A stretch of 64,000 bases of DNA. Origin: an uncultured Pseudomonadota bacterium. GTDB lineage: Bacteria > Myxococcota_A > UBA796 > CAJQPC01. The notes beneath the pieces are model-generated. The model saw nothing but the letters and a program-made list of their open reading frames with translations. It was not told the DNA's origin and did no database searches. Each line of letters opens with the position of its first letter. Position 1 is the first letter of the stretch. Location of the stretch: assembly GCA_913060515.1 (NCBI GenBank), contig CAJXRZ010000001.1, forward strand, positions 51,478 to 115,477, read 5' to 3'. This document shows positions 17,039 through 25,381 of this stretch, in pieces. Position numbers and translations under genes: made by a program.

Positions 17039-18779
17039 GCCCGAAGAGGAGTGGGAAGCGCTCGCCCGTCAGGTCGCCGCCGATCTGGAGCGGGAGAAGC
17101 AGGCGCGCATGGGGGAGGAAGACGAGGACGACGACGACACGGAGTTCTACGAGGAGATCGCGCTGGAGGAGAGCCATGCGATCGGTGATTTGGCACCTCC
17201 CACGGGCTTTAGCCAGGTACTGCGCCCCAAGGCGGAGGAGGAGCTGGAGCTTGATGAGCCAGAGCTGACCGAGGCCCTGGAGAGCCTGGAGCTCGATGAG
17301 CCCGAAGAGGTGGCTTGGCGCGGACTGCACCCGGCCAGCCTGGTCGTGAACCTCCTTCCGCGCACCTGGAAGACCCTGATTGGGATGTGGCCCCTGCTGC
17401 TCCTGGTGATCGTCGGCGGCACCGGAGCAGGAGATTTCGCCATCGCGGACTTTGCCTGGGTGGGCCTCTTCCTGCTCTCGGGCTTTGGCTCCACCTTGGT
17501 TCACTACCTGACCCTTCGCTACCGCGTGAAGGGCGGCAAGCTGGAGATCAAGCAAGGCCTTCTCAACCGGCAAGCGCGCATCATTGACCCGGCGCGCATC
17601 CAGAACGTCGGTGAGGTGCGGAACATCTTCCACAACCTGACCGGGCTGGTGGAAGTGCGGCTGGAGACAGCGGGAGATGCCCGCACGGAGGGGCTGCTCT
17701 CGGCGCTCTCTGTGCAGGATGCCAAGGAGCTCATTCTTGCTCTGGAAGCGGCGCGAGGAAGAGCACCGCGGGAGGAGGCAGCGGACGCGGAGCAAGCGCC
17801 GCCCATTCTGGTCCTTGGGGTGGGTGAGCTGCTGGCCTTTGGCCTCTCCAAAGCCAGCGCTGGTCTGGTCGCTGTCGTACTTGCGGTCGGCTTGGAGGTG
17901 ATGCCGCTCATCTCGCCCGAGGAGACGGCCTCCACCTTGGAGAACCTGAGCCCGGTGGCGGCCTTTGGCGGCCTGCTGCTCACGCTGGTGGTCTCCTGGC
18001 TTGGATCGGCCTCTCTGAGTGTGATTCGACACTTCCGCTACACCCTTCGGCGGGAGCCGGACCAAGATCCCCGCCAAGTGGCCCTCTCCTCCAAAGAAGG
18101 GCTGTTCACCACCAAGCGCATGCGCGTGCCTCTGGGCAAAGTCCAGATGATTCTGGTGGACGAGCCCGTGCTGCGACGGGCCATGGGCTTTGGCACCCTG
18201 AACGTGGAGACCGCAGGACTGGGCTCAGTGCAGGAGGGCGTCTCCGCAGCGGAGCTGGTGGTGCCGATGGTCGACCGCGAGGAGCTGCCGGCGCTGGCGC
18301 AGGTGGCGCTTCCGGGTCTGGACGTGAACCCCTGGGCGGTCACCTTGAACCCGGCCCATCCACGGGCGCTGTACCGCATGATGGTCGCGGGCACCTTGCA
18401 GGGGCTCGGCCTCACCGCCCTGGCGGCGTGGTTGCTGCCGGGATGGTTTGCGCTCTTGGCGCTGGGCGTCTTGCCTGTGGTCTGGCTGACCCGGGTTTTG
18501 GACTGGCGCGCCCAAGGCTGGCTCGTGACGCCGGATGTCGTGCTGTCCCGGCGTGGCTTTTGGCGCCGTCGCACCTGGGTCATGAGCCGGGACAAGCTGC
18601 AGTCTGTGCACTTGGCCCAAGGCCCCTTGATGCGCTTCCACGGAATCGGACGACTGGCCGTTCGGGTGGCTGGCTCCCAGGTGGTGCTGCCGGACATTGG
18701 CTGGGATCAGGCAGACGCGCTCTTGGACGAGCTGCGGCCCCTTCCAGAGCTGGACTTGGCCGAGCTGGAGTTGGACTAG
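17028..18779 (+). CDS. YdbT-like membrane protein with repeated bPH_2 domains
   Basis: ATG 17028 (GGAG SD) overlaps the ydbS-like stop; acidic N-terminus; repeated TM-pair plus PH units (e.g. GKLEIKQGLLNRQARIIDPARIQNV). Confidence 0.75.
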   Translation: MGSKPEEEWEALARQVAADLEREKQARMGEEDEDDDDTEFYEEIALEESHAIGDLAPPTGFSQVLRPKAEEELELDEPELTEALESLELDEPEEVAWRGLHPASLVVNLLPRTWKTLIGMWPLLLLVIVGGTGAGDFAIADFAWVGLFLLSGFGSTLVHYLTLRYRVKGGKLEIKQGLLNRQARIIDPARIQNVGEVRNIFHNLTGLVEVRLETAGDARTEGLLSALSVQDAKELILALEAARGRAPREEAADAEQAPPILVLGVGELLAFGLSKASAGLVAVVLAVGLEVMPLISPEETASTLENLSPVAAFGGLLLTLVVSWLGSASLSVIRHFRYTLRREPDQDPRQVALSSKEGLFTTKRMRVPLGKVQMILVDEPVLRRAMGFGTLNVETAGLGSVQEGVSAAELVVPMVDREELPALAQVALPGLDVNPWAVTLNPAHPRALYRMMVAGTLQGLGLTALAAWLLPGWFALLALGVLPVVWLTRVLDWRAQGWLVTPDVVLSRRGFWRRRTWVMSRDKLQSVHLAQGPLMRFHGIGRLAVRVAGSQVVLPDIGWDQADALLDELRPLPELDLAELELD

Positions 18780-18809
18780 CTCTTTGGGAAAGAGCGAGTT
18801 GTTCCGACT

Positions 18810-20057
18810 CTATTTCCAGTCTTCCGGCATCCATGCGCGACCGAAGTAGACCAGGGTGGGGTCGATGGACCCGCTGCTGCCGCTGAAGTACTCGCTGTTG
18901 ATGCCCAGGCCATCGCTGGCGCCCTGGCAGGAGGCGTACTGGATGCCGGTACGGTTGCCCGATTCGTCGGTCTCCCACCCCCAGAACACCGCGGTGTGAC
19001 CGCTGCCGCTGGTGCGCCAGAACTGCACAAAGTCACCGCGCACGACCTGGTCCCAGTCGCCCACCGAGTCGCCCAGACCGCGGTCCTTCAGCGCCAAGCC
19101 GGGGCCGTCCCCGTCCAGCTCTCGCACGTACCAGTCTCGGCGCATGGTCCAGATCTCGCTGTTGTCGACATCGGCCAATGCATCGGCGTCCAGGCTCTTG
19201 TCCAAAGCGATCTGTTGCCAGGTCTTCAGGAACCACTCCCAGGTAATGCCCGAGCAGTAGCAGGCGCTGTAGCCGCCGTCGTCGGCCACCCGCTCGCTCT
19301 GGTAGTAGAGGTCTTGAGTGGAGCCGGACCAGGAGCCCCCTTTGGGCCAGTAGTAGATGTAGGTCCCGTCTTGGGGGTAGCCGGAGATGGTCGCGGCCAC
19401 GCGCTCAGAGAAGGCCGTTGGGCCGCCGTCGCTGCCCGAGAGCGGGGTGATGGCGATGGTCTCGCTGGAGAGCAGCTCGCCTTGGGCGTCGAAGGCGTCC
19501 GCTCGGATCTGGCGGACGGTGTCGGTGCCGTTGAAGCGGTAGGTCAGGACCTCGCCCGGGGCCACATCCCCCAGAGGCCAATCGTCCGCGCTCAGGGTCA
19601 CGCTCTCGGCATCGCTTGAGGCGTCGACCACGAAGGTGACTGGGTTTGCGACCTGTGCGCCGTCTAGGGGAGAGGTGATGCTCACCCAGCTCTGGATCTC
19701 CTCCTCCAGGATCTTGATAGAGACGCTGTCGCTGTTGAGCAAGGTGCCGTCGCTTGCGTAGGCCTCCAGGACCAGCTCCTGGCGACCGGGCTCCAGCTCA
19801 ACTCTGAGCCTGCTCACGTCCACGGAGACGGTCTCGGAGACCGGCTGTCCATCAACCAAAAGGCGCAGGCTCTCGATGTCCTCGCCTGTGGAGAAGCGGA
19901 CCGAGATGGGGCTGTAGAGGCTCTGGCCTTGTTCGGGGGAAATCAAGCGCGCGGAGCGCTCGTCTCCGAAACCGTCAGGGGACTCTGCACGCGGCCGGTT
20001 TTCGGCCTCTGGCGTGCACGAGGTCAAACTGGTCATCCCCAAGATCAAAGTCAGCAT
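18810..20057 (-). CDS. Lipoprotein with Ig-like repeats and C-terminal papain-like (NlpC/P60/CHAP-type) Cys/His domain (putative)
   Basis: MLTLILGMTSLTSCT lipobox; ...YSACYCSGITWEWF... and GDFVQFWRTSGSGHTAVFWGW suggest a Cys-His dyad. Confidence 0.6.
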   Translation of the reverse strand: MLTLILGMTSLTSCTPEAENRPRAESPDGFGDERSARLISPEQGQSLYSPISVRFSTGEDIESLRLLVDGQPVSETVSVDVSRLRVELEPGRQELVLEAYASDGTLLNSDSVSIKILEEEIQSWVSITSPLDGAQVANPVTFVVDASSDAESVTLSADDWPLGDVAPGEVLTYRFNGTDTVRQIRADAFDAQGELLSSETIAITPLSGSDGGPTAFSERVAATISGYPQDGTYIYYWPKGGSWSGSTQDLYYQSERVADDGGYSACYCSGITWEWFLKTWQQIALDKSLDADALADVDNSEIWTMRRDWYVRELDGDGPGLALKDRGLGDSVGDWDQVVRGDFVQFWRTSGSGHTAVFWGWETDESGNRTGIQYASCQGASDGLGINSEYFSGSSGSIDPTLVYFGRAWMPEDWK

Positions 20058-20112
20058 TTCGTCCGTCCGCAGTCGGCCGAGAATATATACTCCGGTGAAT
20101 GGGATTGCAGTG

Positions 20113-22038
20113 ATGGATGAGTCTCTGGAAGGAGTGCTGCTGGAGTTGATGTCTTCGGCGGTGCTCGTTGTTGATGGTCAAGGGTTGATTCTGCAGGCGA
20201 ACACGGCAGCGGAGGAGGCGCTTGGGCGCGCCGTTCCTGAGCTGTTGGGCCGGCACTACTGCGAGGCTGAGTTTGGAATTCTGGGCAAGGATGGCCATCC
20301 GCTGGCCGTCGAAGAGCAGCCGCTGGAGCGCCTGAAAACCTTGGAAATTCCTCATTCAATGCGGGTTGGCTCGCGTTGGCCAGGGGGTACACGACGGCGC
20401 TTGGACCTGAAAGCACGGCGCTTGGGAGAAGGGGCGCTCCTGGTGTTGGACGATGTCACCGAGCAGGAGGACGCCCACAGGGCCCTGATGCGCAGCGAAC
20501 AGCGTCTGCAGGTGGCCATGCAGAACGCCGGGCTGGGCCTCTGGGATCTGGACATGCGACGAAGGCGGGTGCTCAGCAACAGCGCGCTCGCAAGCATCCT
20601 TGGCTACGCGCCTCTCGGTGTGCCGACGGATCACAAGGGCGTGTCAGACTTGGTCCACCCAGAGGACATGCCCGAAGTTCGGGAGGCGTTTCGGCGTCAC
20701 ATGAATGGGCAGGAGGTGGCCTTCCAAGGACGTTTTCGTTTCCGCGATGGCAAAGGACTCTGGCGCTGGGTCGACGTGGCCGGGCAGTGCACGCGCAGGG
20801 AGGAAGACGGCCGGCCCCGAAACATCGTGGGTACGCTTCGGGACGTGACCTCTGAAGTTCAGGGCCTCCACGTCAAGGCCAAACTCAACGCCAACTTGGC
20901 GCGTCTGGCGCGCATGGAGAGTCTCTCCGTTTTGGCGGGTGGGGTCTCCCACGACTACAACAACCTGCTGATGGCGATGCTCACCGGCGTCACGGTCGCG
21001 CAAGAGGATCTGGAGCCGGATCACCTGGCCAATGAGTCCCTGGAGCTGGTGAAAGAAGCCATCACACAGGCCAAGGCCCTGACCCAGCAGCTCTTGGCTT
21101 TCTCGGGTCGTGGGCAGTTTGTCGTGGAGCCCCTGGATCTGAACCAGGTACTTCAGGACATGGTGCAGCTCTTGGGTGCGATGGTGGGCTCCAAGGTAAA
21201 GGTGGAGTTGGATTTGGACTCCGAGGCGCTGCGCGTCAAAGCCGACCGCACGCAGCTGCAGCAGGTGGTGATGAACCTGGTGCTCAACGGGGCCCAGGCC
21301 ATGGACGGCCAGGGGCGCATCGACATCCGCACTCTGGTTCAGGAGCTCTCCATGGAGGAGCTCTCCCGCGGCTGGACCTCAGAGGAGGCGGAGCCTGGCC
21401 CCCACGCCGTGCTTCAGGTCGAAGACCGTGGCGTGGGCATGGAGGCCGCCAAAGTCACTCGGATCTTCGAGCCCTTCTTCACCACTCGACGAGGTGGTCA
21501 CGGCCTGGGTTTGGCGGCCGCGCTGGGAATTGTTCAGGGTCATCGAGGCTTTATTCAGGTGATGTCCACCCCTGGTGTGGGCACGGTGTTCAGAGTGGGT
21601 CTGCCCCTTCTGCATGGCCTCGGCGAGGAGGTCACTGAACCCAAGCCCATCCGCAAACAGGCCAACTACCAGAACAAGCGCATCTTGGTGGTCGACGACC
21701 AACCCTTGGTTCTGCGGGTCACCAGCCGCATGCTGCGCCGCTTGGGCTGGCAGGTGTGGGAGGCCAACTCTGGGGCCGAGGCCTTGGTTCGTTTCCAGGC
21801 CAACCCCGGACAGATCTCGGTGGCACTGGTGGACATGAACATGCCGGAGATGAGCGGCGGCGAGCTGGTCACAGAGCTGCGCAAGATCGACCCAAATCAG
21901 CCGGTGCTGCTGATGAGCGGCTTTGAGCCGACCCAGGCCGCCTCCAGAATCAGCCAGCAGCCACACACCTCTTTCTTGGCCAAGCCCTTCTTTCAGAAGC
22001 AGCTCCTGGAGAGCTTGGAGCTGGTCCTGGACGACTAG
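20113..22038 (+). CDS. Hybrid sensor histidine kinase/response regulator with PAS domains
   Basis: H-box SHDYNNLL, HATPase G-boxes, C-terminal receiver (VVDDQP...DMNMPEMSG). ATG 20113 avoids overlap with the upstream gene. Confidence 0.85.
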   Translation: MDESLEGVLLELMSSAVLVVDGQGLILQANTAAEEALGRAVPELLGRHYCEAEFGILGKDGHPLAVEEQPLERLKTLEIPHSMRVGSRWPGGTRRRLDLKARRLGEGALLVLDDVTEQEDAHRALMRSEQRLQVAMQNAGLGLWDLDMRRRRVLSNSALASILGYAPLGVPTDHKGVSDLVHPEDMPEVREAFRRHMNGQEVAFQGRFRFRDGKGLWRWVDVAGQCTRREEDGRPRNIVGTLRDVTSEVQGLHVKAKLNANLARLARMESLSVLAGGVSHDYNNLLMAMLTGVTVAQEDLEPDHLANESLELVKEAITQAKALTQQLLAFSGRGQFVVEPLDLNQVLQDMVQLLGAMVGSKVKVELDLDSEALRVKADRTQLQQVVMNLVLNGAQAMDGQGRIDIRTLVQELSMEELSRGWTSEEAEPGPHAVLQVEDRGVGMEAAKVTRIFEPFFTTRRGGHGLGLAAALGIVQGHRGFIQVMSTPGVGTVFRVGLPLLHGLGEEVTEPKPIRKQANYQNKRILVVDDQPLVLRVTSRMLRRLGWQVWEANSGAEALVRFQANPGQISVALVDMNMPEMSGGELVTELRKIDPNQPVLLMSGFEPTQAASRISQQPHTSFLAKPFFQKQLLESLELVLDD

Positions 22039-25000
22039 TGGCTGTGGCCACACCCAAACTCAGTGAAGGGCAGCTGTGGGCCGTCTTGGGTCCACCAGCG
22101 GGTCACCTCCGGCTGGTTCTCTGACTCGGACGCCGGCCAGGCAGCCAACAGGGTGTCCGAGGCATAGAGGGTGCCGCTGCGCAGCACGTAGACCACGTTG
22201 TCGCTGTCCTGAATGTCCGCGAGGGGGTCGCCGGCGACCACGACCATCTCGGCCAGCTTGCCGGGGGTGAGGGAGCCGATCTCGCCGCCCATGCCCAGGT
22301 AGTCGGCGCCGTTCTGGGTCGCCGCGTGCAGAGCATCGGCGTTGGACCAACCGCCGTCCACCAGGCCCCACATCTCCCAGTGTGGACCCAAGCCTTGGAG
22401 CTGGCCGTGGCCGCCTAGGTTGACCCGCACCCCGGCCGCCGCGAGCTCCTTGGCGGTGGCCGCCAGGCGCACGTGTTGCCAGTCTTCCTCGGGGGCCATG
22501 TAGCTGCGGCGCTTTCCCTTGGCCTCGAGCTCGCCAGGGGGGGTCCAGGTGTCCAGGAGGGGCTCCTTCCAGATGTCAAAACGCTGGTAGAAGCTGTTCT
22601 CTCCCATCAAACCTCCGTAGCCGACCAGCAGCGTCGGGGTGTAGAAGACCTCGGTGGCTGCTCCCCAGAGTCCGATGACATCTTCAGCGAGCTGCTCGAC
22701 GGGCAGAGCGTGCTCAATGCCGCTGTGGCCGTCCAGGATCATGGTCAGGTTGTGGGCCAAGGTGCTGCCGCCCTCGGGCATGACCAGCATGTCGCGTTCG
22801 GCGGCGGCCTTGAGCACCCAGCGGCGCTGGTCGCGGCGAGGTTGGTTGTAGCTCTTGACCGAGAAGGCGCCGTAGCGGGCCATGCGGGAGAGGTGCAGGC
22901 GTGCGTCGTCCAAGCTCTCGATGATGGCCTTCTCATCGGAGTCCGCGCCATAGAGGATGCCGCCGGTGCTCAGGATGCGGGGGCCCACAATGCGGCCAGC
23001 CTCGACCAGCTCATGTTGAGAGAACACGAAGTGGGAGTTGGCGCTGGGGTCGTGGGTGGTGGTCACGCCGTAGGCCAGGTTGGCGGTGTAGGCGGGCACG
23101 GTCTCCGGACTGACCTCGGCCCAGCCAAAGCCCATGTGAGCGTGCACGTCCACCAACCCGGGGTAGATGCTGTGGCCGCTCAGGTCCATGGTGGTCGTCC
23201 CCTCTGGAATCTCCACCTCTCCGGCGGCGCCGATGGCCACAATGCGCTCACCGCGGATCAGAATCACGCCATTTGGGATGGGGTCCCGGTCCACAGGAAT
23301 GAGCTGCGCGCCGGTCAGGGCCAAGGTGGCCTCGTGCTGGGGGCGGGTCACGTTCAGGGTCAGAGCGCGCTCAGTGCCGATGTTCTGGGGCAATGCCGCA
23401 GGGAAAGGATTCTTCTTTTTGGGCTTCACCTCGGGCGTGACCTGCTCATCAGGCAGGCCTTGGCTCATGTCGACCGTCCACATTGTGTTGCCCGCCGCGT
23501 AGCTGAGCTGCTGTCCCTGCCAAGAGAGGAACTCCCCCAGATCGCTGCTCAGACGGCGCTTGGGCACCCCTGGGTTGTCCAAGTTCAGGGCGCGTCCGGC
23601 CAGGGCGGGCATGGGCGCGACATAGGCCTGGTGGCGGTCCTTCCAGGCGATCCACTGGCCGTCTGGACTCAAGGCGATCTCAGCCACGCTCTCGCCGGTG
23701 GCGACGATTACGCGGTCCAGGCCGTCCAGGTTGGTGTGCACCAGGGCGATCTGGCCGTCGACCCGGTCGGTGACCCAGATGCGCCCGCCTCGGATCTGGG
23801 GCTTGGGTGTGCGAACGCCGCTGCCCAAGTTGGAGACCGTGCCGGCGTCTCTCACAGCGCCACTGCTCAAGTCCATGACGCGGACCCGGAAGCTGCCGAC
23901 GTTGCCGGGGCGCCCGCGCAAGCTCTGGCCCTCGTCCTGCAGGAAGACCACCTGGGTGCCGTCCGGGGAGAAGCTGGGGGACATGTACAGGCCCAGCTCC
24001 TGGTTGAGGACCTGGGGCTCCCCGTCGATGTCTTGGCGCACCAAGGCGCCGCCCAAGTGGTCGTCCCAGGTCACGTAGACCACCTGCTTTCCGTCTTGGG
24101 AGAAGCTGGGGGCGTAGGCCAGCTCGCTCGGGTTCGAGAGGGCTCGCAGCTTGCCGTCGGGTTCTTGAAGGTGGATCTGGCCCACGGCGGAGAACACGGC
24201 TTGTCTCTGCGCGTTCAGGCGCGGCCAGCGGATGAGCTTGGACTCAAAGGCCTCGGGCGAGGCCTGTCTCTCCGTGCGGTGCGGCGTGGACAGAGTGCGT
24301 GAGATCTCCGCCTGGAATTCGATTCTCTCGGCGCTGTCTGCGGCGACCTTCCACAGCCCACCCTGTGCAAAGAGCACCGCCTGACCCTCTGGGGTCCAGG
24401 ACCAGGTGGGGTAGGTGCCAAAGTTGGCCCAGGTCTCTTGCTGGTCGCGGTCGGCGCCATCCCACCACACCGTCTCAGCGCCGCTGATCAGGTCACGAAC
24501 CACCAACTCATCCCGCAGGCCGTCTCGGTGGCGGCGCAGGTAGCCCAGGCGCAGGCCATCGGGGCTGACTTGGGGACGAATGGCGCCGCCGTAGCCGCCG
24601 GCCACCGACTCTTGCTCGCCGGTCTGCATGTGGGTGCGTTGGATGCCGTAGATGCCCTGGTAGGGGTTGGCGTTGTAGTTGAATGGGCCGCGCTCCACGG
24701 TGTAGAGCCACTCTCCGGCTGGGTCGACGTGGGGTTCGTTGACGTCGGCCTCCAGGTGTCCACGCTCGGTCCACTGGATGCCAGCGCCGGCCGTTCCGTC
24801 TGCGCGCCAGGCCCAGATCTCACCGGTCCCCAGAGAGCGGCCCCCGGTGAAGTGCTTGCGGCCATAGACAAAGCGACCATCTGGGGTCCAGTCAGGTTGG
24901 GCGACCAAGCGGAAGTCTTCGGTGGAGATCTGCCGGGGGTTGCTGCCGTCGGCGTCCATCACCCAGAGGTTGTCGCCGCCGCCGATGTCCGAGGTGTAGG

Positions 25001-25295
25001 CGATCCGGGCGCCGTCGGGGCTGAAGCGGGGATGTTGGTACCAGCCCTTGTCTCCGGAGGTGAGGGCGGTGGCTTGGCCGCCGGCGATGGGCAGGGTGTA
25101 CAGGTTGCCCAAGAGCGAGAACACGATGAGTTCGCCGTTGGGGGACACATCCAGGTCCATCCAAGTGCCCTGAGTGACCGAGGCCGTGAACTGGGTCTCG
25201 GGTGCGAGCACCGCGTCCACCTCTGGAGAGTCCGCTGCCAGAGCGGCCAAGGAGGCGAGGGTGAGCAGGCTGCAGGCCAGGATGTGGCGGCGCAT
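22035..25295 (-). CDS. Secreted TolB-like beta-propeller (PD40 repeats) fused to a metal-dependent amidohydrolase
   Basis: Signal peptide MRRHILACSLLTLASLAALA; repeated SPDG propeller blades; C-terminal PGLVDVHAHMG amidohydrolase motif. Confidence 0.85.
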   Translation of the reverse strand: MRRHILACSLLTLASLAALAADSPEVDAVLAPETQFTASVTQGTWMDLDVSPNGELIVFSLLGNLYTLPIAGGQATALTSGDKGWYQHPRFSPDGARIAYTSDIGGGDNLWVMDADGSNPRQISTEDFRLVAQPDWTPDGRFVYGRKHFTGGRSLGTGEIWAWRADGTAGAGIQWTERGHLEADVNEPHVDPAGEWLYTVERGPFNYNANPYQGIYGIQRTHMQTGEQESVAGGYGGAIRPQVSPDGLRLGYLRRHRDGLRDELVVRDLISGAETVWWDGADRDQQETWANFGTYPTWSWTPEGQAVLFAQGGLWKVAADSAERIEFQAEISRTLSTPHRTERQASPEAFESKLIRWPRLNAQRQAVFSAVGQIHLQEPDGKLRALSNPSELAYAPSFSQDGKQVVYVTWDDHLGGALVRQDIDGEPQVLNQELGLYMSPSFSPDGTQVVFLQDEGQSLRGRPGNVGSFRVRVMDLSSGAVRDAGTVSNLGSGVRTPKPQIRGGRIWVTDRVDGQIALVHTNLDGLDRVIVATGESVAEIALSPDGQWIAWKDRHQAYVAPMPALAGRALNLDNPGVPKRRLSSDLGEFLSWQGQQLSYAAGNTMWTVDMSQGLPDEQVTPEVKPKKKNPFPAALPQNIGTERALTLNVTRPQHEATLALTGAQLIPVDRDPIPNGVILIRGERIVAIGAAGEVEIPEGTTTMDLSGHSIYPGLVDVHAHMGFGWAEVSPETVPAYTANLAYGVTTTHDPSANSHFVFSQHELVEAGRIVGPRILSTGGILYGADSDEKAIIESLDDARLHLSRMARYGAFSVKSYNQPRRDQRRWVLKAAAERDMLVMPEGGSTLAHNLTMILDGHSGIEHALPVEQLAEDVIGLWGAATEVFYTPTLLVGYGGLMGENSFYQRFDIWKEPLLDTWTPPGELEAKGKRRSYMAPEEDWQHVRLAATAKELAAAGVRVNLGGHGQLQGLGPHWEMWGLVDGGWSNADALHAATQNGADYLGMGGEIGSLTPGKLAEMVVVAGDPLADIQDSDNVVYVLRSGTLYASDTLLAAWPASESENQPEVTRWWTQDGPQLPFTEFGCGHSH

Positions 25296-25381
25296 GGGGA
25301 CTCCGATGGGGCCGTCAGTCTACAGGGGTGGCTTGCTAACGGCGCCGGATGGTGGCTTTCTGGAGGGGATGGAGGCGAGTA

